From the NCBI RefSeq assembly GCF_025998175.1, contig NZ_AP026695.1, positions 932,760-964,759 of the forward strand: 32,000 nt of DNA. The letters are read 5' to 3'. Position numbers and translations under genes: made by a program. Origin of the DNA: Nitrosopumilus zosterae. GTDB lineage: Archaea > Thermoproteota > Nitrososphaeria > Nitrososphaerales > Nitrosopumilaceae. The notes beneath the pieces were generated by a model. That model was not told the DNA's origin and made no database searches. It was given only the letters and a program-made list of their open reading frames with translations. This document shows positions 1-8,571 of the stretch, in pieces (position 1 is the first letter of the stretch; every line of letters begins with the position of its first letter).

Positions 1-2
1 AA

Positions 3-3000
3 TATTATTTCAAAATTATTGAGCAATCAAAGAGTTCAATTATTGAACAAATTGAATTCCCGATAACAAACATAGTTATTACAGGAAAAGAATCATCATT
101 CACAATTTTTGGGCAACCACCAATTCAAAAAGCAGAAAACACATGTAATTGTGTAGCTTTTAGACTAGACGATGTTCAAGATTATTTCCTCAACACATCC
201 CAAATAGAAATAATGAAGACATTTCAAGAAAAAGGCGCACCGCTCACATTAGGGATTATAGGAGAGTATTGGGGAAAGGATCAAAAAATATTAAATTTTA
301 TAAAAGATGATTTGGATAATCAATCCCCCACCTTTGAAATTGCCAGTCACAGTTGGAACAATACACCACTATCTAACCTTAGTAAAGAAGAGCAGAAAGA
401 ACAACTTAAAAATACTAATGATGTAATTCAAGAAACATTAGGAGTAATTCCCAGCACATTAATTGCTGTTCAAAATAAGTTTAACGAAGACACGATAAGT
501 GCGTTAGAAGAACTAGGATTTGCACAGTTTACAGCACACGTAGATGAGGTACACAGTCCACCATATCTAAAAGAAATGGTCGAGTTATATTATTTACCAG
601 CAAATACCGAAACAGCTATTTTAAATCCACATACAAATAATTGGGATAAAATAAACTACCAATCAACGTTTACCAAAGCACAGGATTTCATTTACGAGCA
701 TGGATTTGCAATAGTGATGATGCACCCATATGAATTTACAAAAAAAGACTACAATGGCTATACAAACGAGGTGGATTTTGAACACATAGATAATTTAAAA
801 AAATTGATTGACAAATTTAGAGAAAATGACATAGAAATAGTAAACATAGAACAAATCCCTAAAAAAACATCATTCAAATCAAAACCAATCGACCAAGAAA
901 CCAATAGTTGTAATTGCGTATATTTTAGATTCATTGCATTACAAGATTATTGGTTAAATGAAGTTCAAATAAAAGTGATCGATACATTTGTACAAAATGA
1001 AAGTAGTTTGACAGTAGGATTAATCGGAAATGTAATTGGTGATGATTATAAGTTTGTAAATTATTTAAAAAATACGATTAATAGAAACGAAAACATATCA
1101 ATAGCAAATAATGGTTGGAATTATAAAGTCATAACAGATTTTTCAAGAGAAGAGCAAAAAGGGTTTTTAGAACAAAGTAACACAAAAATTGAAAAAATCT
1201 TTGGTGAAAAACCATCAATTTTCATTCCACCATACGACATATTCAACGAAGACACAATTTTAGCAATGCAGGAAAATGACATGATCAATTTAAGTTCAAA
1301 CATCAAAAATGATCCACTGCCTTTTGATGAAAATTTAGGAGTAAATCATTTCCCAGGAAGTGCAGTAACAGGAATATACAATACAGAATTACAAATCTCA
1401 GAAGGCATTAGTCATGAAAAAACATTTGCGCAAATTCAGGATAGTCTAGCTAATAATGGATTTGCAGTAGTAACATTGTCGCCACCAGAATTTGCAAAAA
1501 TTGACAATAGTAGTTATTTAAATGAAGTTAATGAATTACAAATTAAAGAATTAGAATTATTAATACAAAAAATTCAAGACGAAGGATTAACAATACTACC
1601 AATAATAGATAGAGAAATCAATCCAATAGAAGAACCAATTCCAATCAATGGGAAGATTGCAGATTGCGAGCAAATTTTTTCGCCATTTTTAGATTTAAGT
1701 GGATGTGATCTAACAAACAGCATAGTACAACAGACTGACTTGAGTCATTCAAATCTAATTAAAACAAATTTTTCAAATTTGAATATTAAAAATGTAAATT
1801 TTGCTAACGCAATAATGACCGAGGCAAATCTTGAAAACATAAGTATGACTGGCGGGAGTTTTGAAAATGCCACACTCCACAAAGTGAATCTGTCAAATGC
1901 AGATTTGTTAGAAACAAATCTCAGAGGAGCTGATTTGTCGGGAGCTGATTTGAAAAAATTGACATATGTCAATTCAGATGCCAGAGAAGCTGTGTTTGCA
2001 GATTCTGATTTAACGGAAGTAGTTTTCAAAGGAGTCGGTTTGACAAATACAGATTTTGTTAATGCAGTTATGATAAATGCAGATATGAGTGGAATAAATC
2101 TAGGAGGATCAAATCTTAATAAAGTGAGTTTTGAAAATGCTAATCTTACAGGAACGTCGTTTGTAAAAGCGCATTTGGTAGAAGTTAATCTCAACGGAGC
2201 TGATTTGACCAATGCTAATCTCAAAGAAGCGGATTTGTCGGGAGCTGATTTGAGTGGGGCAATACTGGAAAACATCATTTTATCCAATGCGATATTGTCA
2301 AGAGCTGATTTGAGTGGAGCTAATCTTACAGAAATTAGTCTTAAAGATGTGAATCTGTCAAATGCTAATCTCAAAGAAGCGGATTTGTCGGGAGCTGATT
2401 TGAGTGGAGCTAATCTCAACGGAGCTGATTTGACCAATGCTAATCTCAAAGAAGCGGATTTGTCGGGAGCTGATTTGAGTGGGGCAATACTGGAAAACAT
2501 CATTTTATCCAATGCGATATTGTCAAGAGCTGATTTGAGTGGAGCTAATCTTACAGAAATTAGTCTTAAAGATGTGAATCTGTCAAATGCTAATCTCAAA
2601 GAAGCGGATTTGTCGGGAGCTGATTTGAGTGGAGCTAATCTCAACGGAGCTGATTTGACCAATGCTAATCTCAAAGAAGCGGATTTGTCGGGAGCTGATT
2701 TGAGTGGGGCAATACTGGAAAACATCATTTTATCCAATGCGATATTGTCAAGAGCTGATTTGAGTGGAGCTAATCTTACAGAAATTAGTCTTAAAGATGT
2801 GAATCTGTCAAATGCTAATCTCAAAGAAGCGGATTTGTCGGGAGCTGATTTGAGTGGAGCTAATCTCAACGGAGCTGATTTGACCAATGCTAATCTCAAA
2901 GAAGCGGATTTGTCGGGAGCTGATTTATCAAACACAGGTATAGAATTGAGAGATCTTCAAATGGCAAAAACAAATAGTGAAACGGTCGTATCAGAAACAG

Positions 3001-3059
3001 GTTTCTTTTTCTTTAGAGAACTCTTTTCATTTTTTAAATCTTTATTTCAAATAACTTAA
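3..3059 (+). CDS. Large multidomain protein, 5' end outside window: two tandem NodB/CE4-like polysaccharide-deacetylase-like domains followed by a long pentapeptide-repeat region
   Basis: Frame 3 is open from nt 3 and has no ATG/GTG/TTG before the track's Met at 213. A domain-start motif (CNCVAFRLDDVQDY, nt 144-185) lies upstream of that Met, so the gene starts upstream of the window. A second domain copy starts at SCNCVYFRFIALQDY. From about nt 1690 to 2930 the protein is A(D/N)LxX pentapeptide repeats. Family names are from motif recall only. Confidence 0.8.
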   Translation, partial: YYFKIIEQSKSSIIEQIEFPITNIVITGKESSFTIFGQPPIQKAENTCNCVAFRLDDVQDYFLNTSQIEIMKTFQEKGAPLTLGIIGEYWGKDQKILNFIKDDLDNQSPTFEIASHSWNNTPLSNLSKEEQKEQLKNTNDVIQETLGVIPSTLIAVQNKFNEDTISALEELGFAQFTAHVDEVHSPPYLKEMVELYYLPANTETAILNPHTNNWDKINYQSTFTKAQDFIYEHGFAIVMMHPYEFTKKDYNGYTNEVDFEHIDNLKKLIDKFRENDIEIVNIEQIPKKTSFKSKPIDQETNSCNCVYFRFIALQDYWLNEVQIKVIDTFVQNESSLTVGLIGNVIGDDYKFVNYLKNTINRNENISIANNGWNYKVITDFSREEQKGFLEQSNTKIEKIFGEKPSIFIPPYDIFNEDTILAMQENDMINLSSNIKNDPLPFDENLGVNHFPGSAVTGIYNTELQISEGISHEKTFAQIQDSLANNGFAVVTLSPPEFAKIDNSSYLNEVNELQIKELELLIQKIQDEGLTILPIIDREINPIEEPIPINGKIADCEQIFSPFLDLSGCDLTNSIVQQTDLSHSNLIKTNFSNLNIKNVNFANAIMTEANLENISMTGGSFENATLHKVNLSNADLLETNLRGADLSGADLKKLTYVNSDAREAVFADSDLTEVVFKGVGLTNTDFVNAVMINADMSGINLGGSNLNKVSFENANLTGTSFVKAHLVEVNLNGADLTNANLKEADLSGADLSGAILENIILSNAILSRADLSGANLTEISLKDVNLSNANLKEADLSGADLSGANLNGADLTNANLKEADLSGADLSGAILENIILSNAILSRADLSGANLTEISLKDVNLSNANLKEADLSGADLSGANLNGADLTNANLKEADLSGADLSGAILENIILSNAILSRADLSGANLTEISLKDVNLSNANLKEADLSGADLSGANLNGADLTNANLKEADLSGADLSNTGIELRDLQMAKTNSETVVSETGFFFFRELFSFFKSLFQIT
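2186..2926 (+). repeat. Perfect tandem repeat, 225-bp unit (75 aa = 15 pentapeptides), about 3.3 copies, inside the pentapeptide-repeat CDS
   Basis: The unit beginning CTCAACGGAGCTGATTTGACC recurs at 2190, 2415, 2640 and 2865, spaced exactly 225 bp apart. By eye the copies are identical at nucleotide level until divergence at 2927. Confidence 0.95.
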
Positions 3060-3100
3060 AAATATTATTTTCAGGCACATAGTAAAACATTATTTAAAAA

Positions 3101-3856
3101 TTATGAGCAAATATCATTTCCTGCACCAGTGATTCTAAAAGTCTCCAACTCAGCGGCTTTACCTTCGCCAGTATAAACATCAATATGTTTGCCTTTAATT
3201 GATGTACCAATATCTGAGGATTCAAAAACAATTTCATTCCAAGGGTAAGGTAATTTTGGAATGATCAAGTTTGTTTTTTGTTTAATGAGTTCAGAATCAA
3301 CTGCAATTGATGGAACTAAAAGGATATTACCGTGAGAGTCAAGGGGAGAGTCACTCATATGAAAAGATTCATCATACCAACCCAAGTACATACCAGAATT
3401 GGTTTTACCCCAACCTTCTGTTTTAATTACCGATATAAAATCAGATTTAAAATATTGTATTTCATCATTTAATAAAATACCAATCAATTCACCAGCATAA
3501 TCATCTTCAACAGGAGTAAAATAACCTGTAACATACCAATCAGAACTACAGTTTAAAAATTGACTCTGCGTTATCTTGTTTTCAATTGATGATGTTATTA
3601 AAAAATTTGTAACCGGATCATAATCATAATTCATCACTAATTGTACAATTCTATGTTCTTGTAAATATTGAATAACATTACCAAATTCTTCATAAGAGAT
3701 CTTTTCATGAATTAAAAAATCATAGACAGTGAATATCCAAGTAGGAAAATAAAGATCTTCTGCAAATGCAGCATATCCTGATAAATGAACAATTCCCAAC
3801 ACAAATAACAAAATTATTAGATAATTTTTAACAACCACACTTGTCATGTTTATCAT
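3101..3856 (-). CDS. Membrane-anchored/secreted protein with C-terminal 3D (MltA-like double-psi beta-barrel) domain
   Basis: N-terminal hydrophobic segment (NYLIILLFVLGIVHLSGYAAFA). C-terminal IAVD...SSDIGTSIKGKHIDVYTGEG matches the recalled 3D-domain motif IAVD...DTGGAIKGNRIDVFF of YocH/MltA-type proteins. Confidence 0.6.
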   Translation of the reverse strand: MINMTSVVVKNYLIILLFVLGIVHLSGYAAFAEDLYFPTWIFTVYDFLIHEKISYEEFGNVIQYLQEHRIVQLVMNYDYDPVTNFLITSSIENKITQSQFLNCSSDWYVTGYFTPVEDDYAGELIGILLNDEIQYFKSDFISVIKTEGWGKTNSGMYLGWYDESFHMSDSPLDSHGNILLVPSIAVDSELIKQKTNLIIPKLPYPWNEIVFESSDIGTSIKGKHIDVYTGEGKAAELETFRITGAGNDICS

Positions 3857-3895
3857 TATAATACGAACAAAATTATTAAAGAATCAGAAAAGATA

Positions 3896-4822
3896 TCAGT
3901 AGTCATGCATTAACTTGTATTCCATGCTTTCTTTCCAATGACCACTGTCAATTTTAAACGAAGTGTTGCATTTTAAACAAAGAGATTCATTAGATATGTC
4001 TTGAAAAATTTCATTACACTTCTTACACAGGTATCTATTATGCAATACTCTGTAATCAACACCCAACGCCTTGATTTGTTTTTTACATTTAGGACATTTA
4101 TCATTATCATATGTTGATTCAGGGGAAAAATTTCCACAATCAAAATGTTCAATTAATTTCACTTGATCAAAATTAGAATTTTTGCAATTTGGGCATTGAT
4201 AAATCTGAGCAAGTTTCAAGCTTCCACAGGCATTACAACAGATCTCACGAATATTTTGCAGTGCTACAACTTTTCCTTCAGAAATAAGTTTTTGGAGATA
4301 TGTTGTAACATCCTTTTCAGATAGATTACTCTGTTCAATTAATCGTGATAGCGTTACACGTTTGTAAGTATTAAAGTAACGATCAATGAGATGACAACCA
4401 TCATTGTCTACAGATGAAGTATGTTCAAGAATGGATTCTTCTTCCTCTAAAATTTTCATTACATTTTTTATCGCTTCAAAATGAATTGGTTTTTGAATGT
4501 AATGATATGCTCCCAATCCAATTACTTCTTTAATTGGATCTTCATCTTTACCGCTTGCGGTTTCAATTATGATTTTTGTATTGGGTTGAATTATTAAAAT
4601 TTGAGACATTACAGATTTTGCATTTGTATCAGGAAGATTATAATCTAAGAACACCAATGGAATAATTTTGTTATTTATTAATTCTTTAAAAAGAGCTAAT
4701 CCAGATTCTCCAGTTGCAGTAGTTTTTATGTCAGCATAACCTAATTTTTTAAGAAATTCAGTTAGTAAAATCCCAATAGCCGTACTATCATCAATGATTA
4801 AGACTACATCTTTTGCACCCAT
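3896..4822 (-). CDS. Response regulator: CheY-like receiver + winged-helix-like segment + Cys-rich zinc-ribbon C-terminus
   Basis: Receiver motifs are present: IIDDS acidic pair, phospho-acceptor context LVFLDYNLPD, and conserved Lys-Pro in YIQKP. The C-terminus has at least four CxxC pairs (CNAC..CPNC, CPKC, CKKC..CLKC). Confidence 0.8.
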   Translation of the reverse strand: MGAKDVVLIIDDSTAIGILLTEFLKKLGYADIKTTATGESGLALFKELINNKIIPLVFLDYNLPDTNAKSVMSQILIIQPNTKIIIETASGKDEDPIKEVIGLGAYHYIQKPIHFEAIKNVMKILEEEESILEHTSSVDNDGCHLIDRYFNTYKRVTLSRLIEQSNLSEKDVTTYLQKLISEGKVVALQNIREICCNACGSLKLAQIYQCPNCKNSNFDQVKLIEHFDCGNFSPESTYDNDKCPKCKKQIKALGVDYRVLHNRYLCKKCNEIFQDISNESLCLKCNTSFKIDSGHWKESMEYKLMHDY

Positions 4823-4882
4823 AACAAACTCTCTAATTTATTCTAGAATAATAATTGTTTATAAAACAATAAACGCTTATTT

Positions 4883-5620
4883 TTGATGCATAGAATGAAA
4901 TTTTTCACATTATTTGGGATGTTAGCCTTTTTGAGTTTTAGTATTTTTGGGAATGACCTTGCAGAAGCACAGGTTGATCCATTGAGCAATATTGTATTTT
5001 TACAAACAGGACAAATTAATACAGATGAAAATCAATTTCAAATTAGTAATGATATAACGGTAAGGGAGTTTTTTGGTGGAAAAATTATTCGTATTTCAGG
5101 TCAGACAATTGAAGGCTTTCCATACATAACATATTCCAAAGTATCTGAGGAAAAAACAGATTCAAGAGGCATAATTTTCATTAACGACCAATTTGTCAAT
5201 TTGAGTTTTCAGGAAAAAATAACAGACAGTAAGACAATTACTGAAAAAAACGATGATCTAGCAATTTTAGTACAATATACTCAAAGAGTATATTCAGAAA
5301 AATATGCAAAGATAGATGTCAAAATTTTTGAAAAATCACAAAACAAATTAAATGATTTTTATCAAAATTATGGTTACAAACAAAACACAAACATTAGTGT
5401 GTCAATAATTAATGAGGATGATCAAACAGCTTTTTCATCCAATGGAATTACAGATAAAAATGGCCTATATCAAACAGAATTTTTCATTCCAGAAAATTTC
5501 AAAAGACAGACATTAACAGTGACAATTATTGCAGAAAATAATGATTCAAAATCATCAAGAGTTTTACAGATTTTTAGTCTAGGCCAACAATCTGATGATG
5601 GTAAATCATCAACACCATAA
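4883..5620 (+). CDS. Secreted hypothetical protein (signal peptide-like N-terminus)
   Basis: MKFFTLFGMLAFLSFSIFGNDLAEA looks like a signal peptide. The true start is probably the ATG at 4886 or 4895 rather than the TTG at 4883. No recognisable family. Confidence 0.6.
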   Translation: MMHRMKFFTLFGMLAFLSFSIFGNDLAEAQVDPLSNIVFLQTGQINTDENQFQISNDITVREFFGGKIIRISGQTIEGFPYITYSKVSEEKTDSRGIIFINDQFVNLSFQEKITDSKTITEKNDDLAILVQYTQRVYSEKYAKIDVKIFEKSQNKLNDFYQNYGYKQNTNISVSIINEDDQTAFSSNGITDKNGLYQTEFFIPENFKRQTLTVTIIAENNDSKSSRVLQIFSLGQQSDDGKSSTP

Positions 5621-5661
5621 TAGCACAAAAGACTAAATGGGTCAGAAAATTTAATTCTTCA

Positions 5662-6366
5662 TTGATACATGGTCCATCACTTGGAATAGGTGCAGGTATT
5701 GCATCAATAGTCATAATTGTCATATTTTTAGGATTTCAAGGCAGTCAACCAGAATTAACAATAGAGCCAGCTCCTGAAATTCAAGAGTCAGGATCGTCAA
5801 AAATAACTATGAATACATTTTTGGCAAATGGGTCACCTATTCTTGGCAATCCAAACGCACCTGTCACACTTGTGGAGTTTGGAGATTACCAATGTCATTT
5901 TTGTAATGTATTTTTTCATTCAACTGAGGATCAAATATTAGAAAATTATGTAAAAACCGGAAAAGTACGAATGATTTTCAAAGACTACAATATTATTGGT
6001 CCTGATTCTGTTACTGCATCACATGGTGCACATTGTGCTGATGATCAGGAATTATTCTGGGAATATCATGATATTTTATATTCAAATTGGACTGGAGAAA
6101 ATAATGGATGGGCATCATCAGAAAATCTTGTAAAATTTGCTCAAGAAGTAGGATTAGATTTGGATGAGTGGTCTGAATGTATGAATACACAAAAACACGC
6201 ACAAATAATTCTTACAAGTAATGAGGATGCCAAGTCTCTTGAATTAACAGGAACACCAGCATTTTTTGTAATTGGTCCTGATGGAAAAACTACTCGTATT
6301 TTTGGGGCTCAACCATTTGAAGTGTTTGAAAACATTTTTGAGACAGAGCTTGGAAAAACAAAATAG
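5662..6366 (+). CDS. DsbA-like thiol:disulfide oxidoreductase (thioredoxin fold), membrane anchored
   Basis: N-terminal TM helix. CxxC active site in FGDYQCHFC, and a TGTPAFFV cis-Pro loop typical of the DsbA family. TTG start. Confidence 0.8.
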   Translation: MIHGPSLGIGAGIASIVIIVIFLGFQGSQPELTIEPAPEIQESGSSKITMNTFLANGSPILGNPNAPVTLVEFGDYQCHFCNVFFHSTEDQILENYVKTGKVRMIFKDYNIIGPDSVTASHGAHCADDQELFWEYHDILYSNWTGENNGWASSENLVKFAQEVGLDLDEWSECMNTQKHAQIILTSNEDAKSLELTGTPAFFVIGPDGKTTRIFGAQPFEVFENIFETELGKTK

Positions 6367-6471
6367 CGATCAAATTATTTATAAACAATTTAAAAAAATT
6401 AGGAAAATTTCCTTCCTAGTTAGTTAGAATTCACACAATAACCTTATTAATGAAATATCGGAGCGAAGCTT

Positions 6472-7866
6472 ATGGCAGCTGGTATTGATGATATTGCAAT
6501 ATACATTCCTAGATTGTATATTGATGCAGCTGATTTTGCAAAAGCAAGAGGGCTAGACCCAGTTAAATTACAAAAAGGCTTGGGAGTAGCGCAAATGGCA
6601 ATCGTTGATGCAAATCAGGATCCAGCATGTCTTGCAGCAAACGCATGTTTAAAAATTATGCAAAAAAATAAACTATCTCCAGAAGATATTGGTAGATTGT
6701 ATGTTTCAACAGAATCTGCATTTGATGAATCAAAAGCAATGAATTCATACGTTATTGGAATGTTAGAGCAGGTTTATGGTCAAGGTGCTTTTGAACACTG
6801 TGGAGGAGTTGAAACTAAATTTGCATGTGTTAGTGGTTCATATGCACTTTATGACAATACAAATTGGATTAGAGCAGGAGAAGCAGAAGGAAAACATGCA
6901 CTAGTAGTAGTCTCAGATATTGCAAAATACGATATGGGTTCTAGTGGAGAGATGACTCAGGGTGCAGGAGCTGTTGTAATGTTATTAAATGATAAACCAC
7001 GATTGTTGGCATTTGATCCTAAAGTAACAGCCACATCAATTAAAGACGAATATGATTTCTACAGACCATTTGGGAAAGAAACACCAATTGTACACGGACA
7101 GTATTCAAATTTACTTTATATGATTCAAGTTAGAAAAGCACTTGAATCATACAAGAAAAAAGTAATTTCATCAGGATTAATCAAAATAGAACCTGGAGAA
7201 ACAATTTTAGATCATATGGATTACATCAATATGCATTTGCCCTATAGCAATATGGGAAAGAAAGCATTAGCATATCTAGTAAGACATGAATGGCGTCAAC
7301 TGCCCAGATGGAAACGAATTTTGCAAGAAATAGGAATTGAAGAACCAAGACCAAAAGATCCTCGTGGAACAATTGAATCAGTATTGGCTGATGAAGAATT
7401 TATGGCAAAAGATCATGAATTTACAAAACTGTTTACCAAAACTCACGAATATCAAGAGGTGTATGAATCCAAACTTTCAAGTTCTTTAATTGCATCAAGT
7501 ATGATTGGAAATTTGTATACTGCATCACTGTATTTGGGCTTTAGAAGTAGTTTGGAGTATGAATTTCAGAAAGGTGTGGATTTAGAAGGGAAAAGAATAG
7601 GATTTGGATCTTATGGAAGTGGAAGCAGTGCAATGGTGTTTAGCGGAGTAATTCAGCCAGAATTCAAAGAGATTGTCAGAGACATGAATTTAGAGGCAGA
7701 GATTGGAGACAGAAAGAAATTGACATGGGAAGAATATGAGGAATTGCACGAAAACAAACTTCTACCAGAAGAGTCCATGGTTCATTCAAAGAAAGAGTTT
7801 GTACTAGTAAATGTGAAAACAGATACTGAATCCAGAGGCGAAAGGCGTTACATCTTTAATGAATAG
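6472..7866 (+). CDS. Hydroxymethylglutaryl-CoA synthase (mevalonate pathway)
   Basis: N-terminus GIDDIAIYIPRLYIDAADFAKARG, the catalytic-Cys region ETKFACVSGSYAL, and the length and overall pattern match recalled HMG-CoA synthases. Confidence 0.85.
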   Translation: MAAGIDDIAIYIPRLYIDAADFAKARGLDPVKLQKGLGVAQMAIVDANQDPACLAANACLKIMQKNKLSPEDIGRLYVSTESAFDESKAMNSYVIGMLEQVYGQGAFEHCGGVETKFACVSGSYALYDNTNWIRAGEAEGKHALVVVSDIAKYDMGSSGEMTQGAGAVVMLLNDKPRLLAFDPKVTATSIKDEYDFYRPFGKETPIVHGQYSNLLYMIQVRKALESYKKKVISSGLIKIEPGETILDHMDYINMHLPYSNMGKKALAYLVRHEWRQLPRWKRILQEIGIEEPRPKDPRGTIESVLADEEFMAKDHEFTKLFTKTHEYQEVYESKLSSSLIASSMIGNLYTASLYLGFRSSLEYEFQKGVDLEGKRIGFGSYGSGSSAMVFSGVIQPEFKEIVRDMNLEAEIGDRKKLTWEEYEELHENKLLPEESMVHSKKEFVLVNVKTDTESRGERRYIFNE

Positions 7867-7896
7867 ATTTTAAAATAATTTTAAACATTGAATGTC

Positions 7897-7950
7897 TTTT
7901 TCAAAATTTCTATAGATGTAAATATTATAAATCATAGAAATTTTGAAAAA
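7897..7950. terminator. 17-bp perfect inverted repeat (TTTTTCAAAATTTCTAT / ATAGAAATTTTGAAAAA) with 20-nt spacer, 31 nt after the HMG-CoA synthase stop
   Basis: Arms at 7897-7913 and 7934-7950 are exact reverse complements. A T5 tract forms the 5' arm start. It could be a terminator hairpin or a palindromic binding site. Confidence 0.5.
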
Positions 7951-8139
7951 TTAAAAAAGAACCTATTTGATTAGGGTTTTTCATTACACCATTTTTGAGC
8001 AAATTCCTCCTAAGTGGAAATTCTAGATTTACATTTTACACATCAACACATTTTGGGATGTTTCGAAAATCACCAAACATGGACTTCATTTTTTTAATAA
8101 CAGTTCATAACGAGTTAATTTTAAGGACATAAGGTGTTG

Positions 8140-8289
8140 TTACTTGAATAATTCTAATTCTTGTAATATTTTACTCATAGAATGTTTCCATCCTCTCATT
8201 GCAGTAATATCATGAGGGCGATTCTTTTCCAATTCCTCTTTTTGTTTTAATAATTCCTTATGCCTTTTATCCTCTATTCTAATCATCAT
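8140..8289 (-). CDS. Unlisted 49-aa micro-ORF, helical and charged, possibly ribbon-helix-helix-like
   Basis: Hand translation: MMIRIEDKRHKELLKQKEELEKNRPHDITAMRGWKHSMSKILQELELFK. Short strand + helix + turn + helix pattern. Divergent from the zinc-finger micro-ORF. Below the track's size cut-off. Confidence 0.3.
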   Translation of the reverse strand: MMIRIEDKRHKELLKQKEELEKNRPHDITAMRGWKHSMSKILQELELFK

Positions 8290-8410
8290 TTGTAACCCAG
8301 TTTATCCTAAATTAAGCCTGTCTTTAATTGAATTTGATAGATTTTTAACGATTAAGGATTATTTTATCAAACACACACCACCTTATTATAATTAAAAAGA
8401 GAGTAAAGTT

Positions 8411-8533
8411 ATGAATTCTAGAGCGTGGAAATGTTATAGATGTGATTTGACTTTTAGAGAAAAACCTACTGCCAAAATACACAATGAACTTTCAAAACAT
8501 CCAATAGGAAAAATAGAATTAATTTCAGGATAA
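8411..8533 (+). CDS. Unlisted 40-aa C2H2 zinc-finger micro-protein
   Basis: Hand translation: MNSRAWKCYRCDLTFREKPTAKIHNELSKHPIGKIELISG. It fits C-x2-C-x3-F-x8-H-x5-H, the classical C2H2 spacing including the conserved Phe. A TTATTATAAT TATA-like box lies about 20-25 nt upstream of the ATG. Confidence 0.5.
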   Translation: MNSRAWKCYRCDLTFREKPTAKIHNELSKHPIGKIELISG

Positions 8534-8571
8534 ACCCAAATACAGGAAAATAATCTTAGCATAATAGAAAA

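Noticed and set aside
1745-2935. 396-aa ORF on the minus strand
   Set aside because: Antisense shadow of the pentapeptide-repeat region. Its periodic low-complexity sequence (SAPDKSASLRLA...) mirrors the forward repeats, and the forward frame has clear domain logic.
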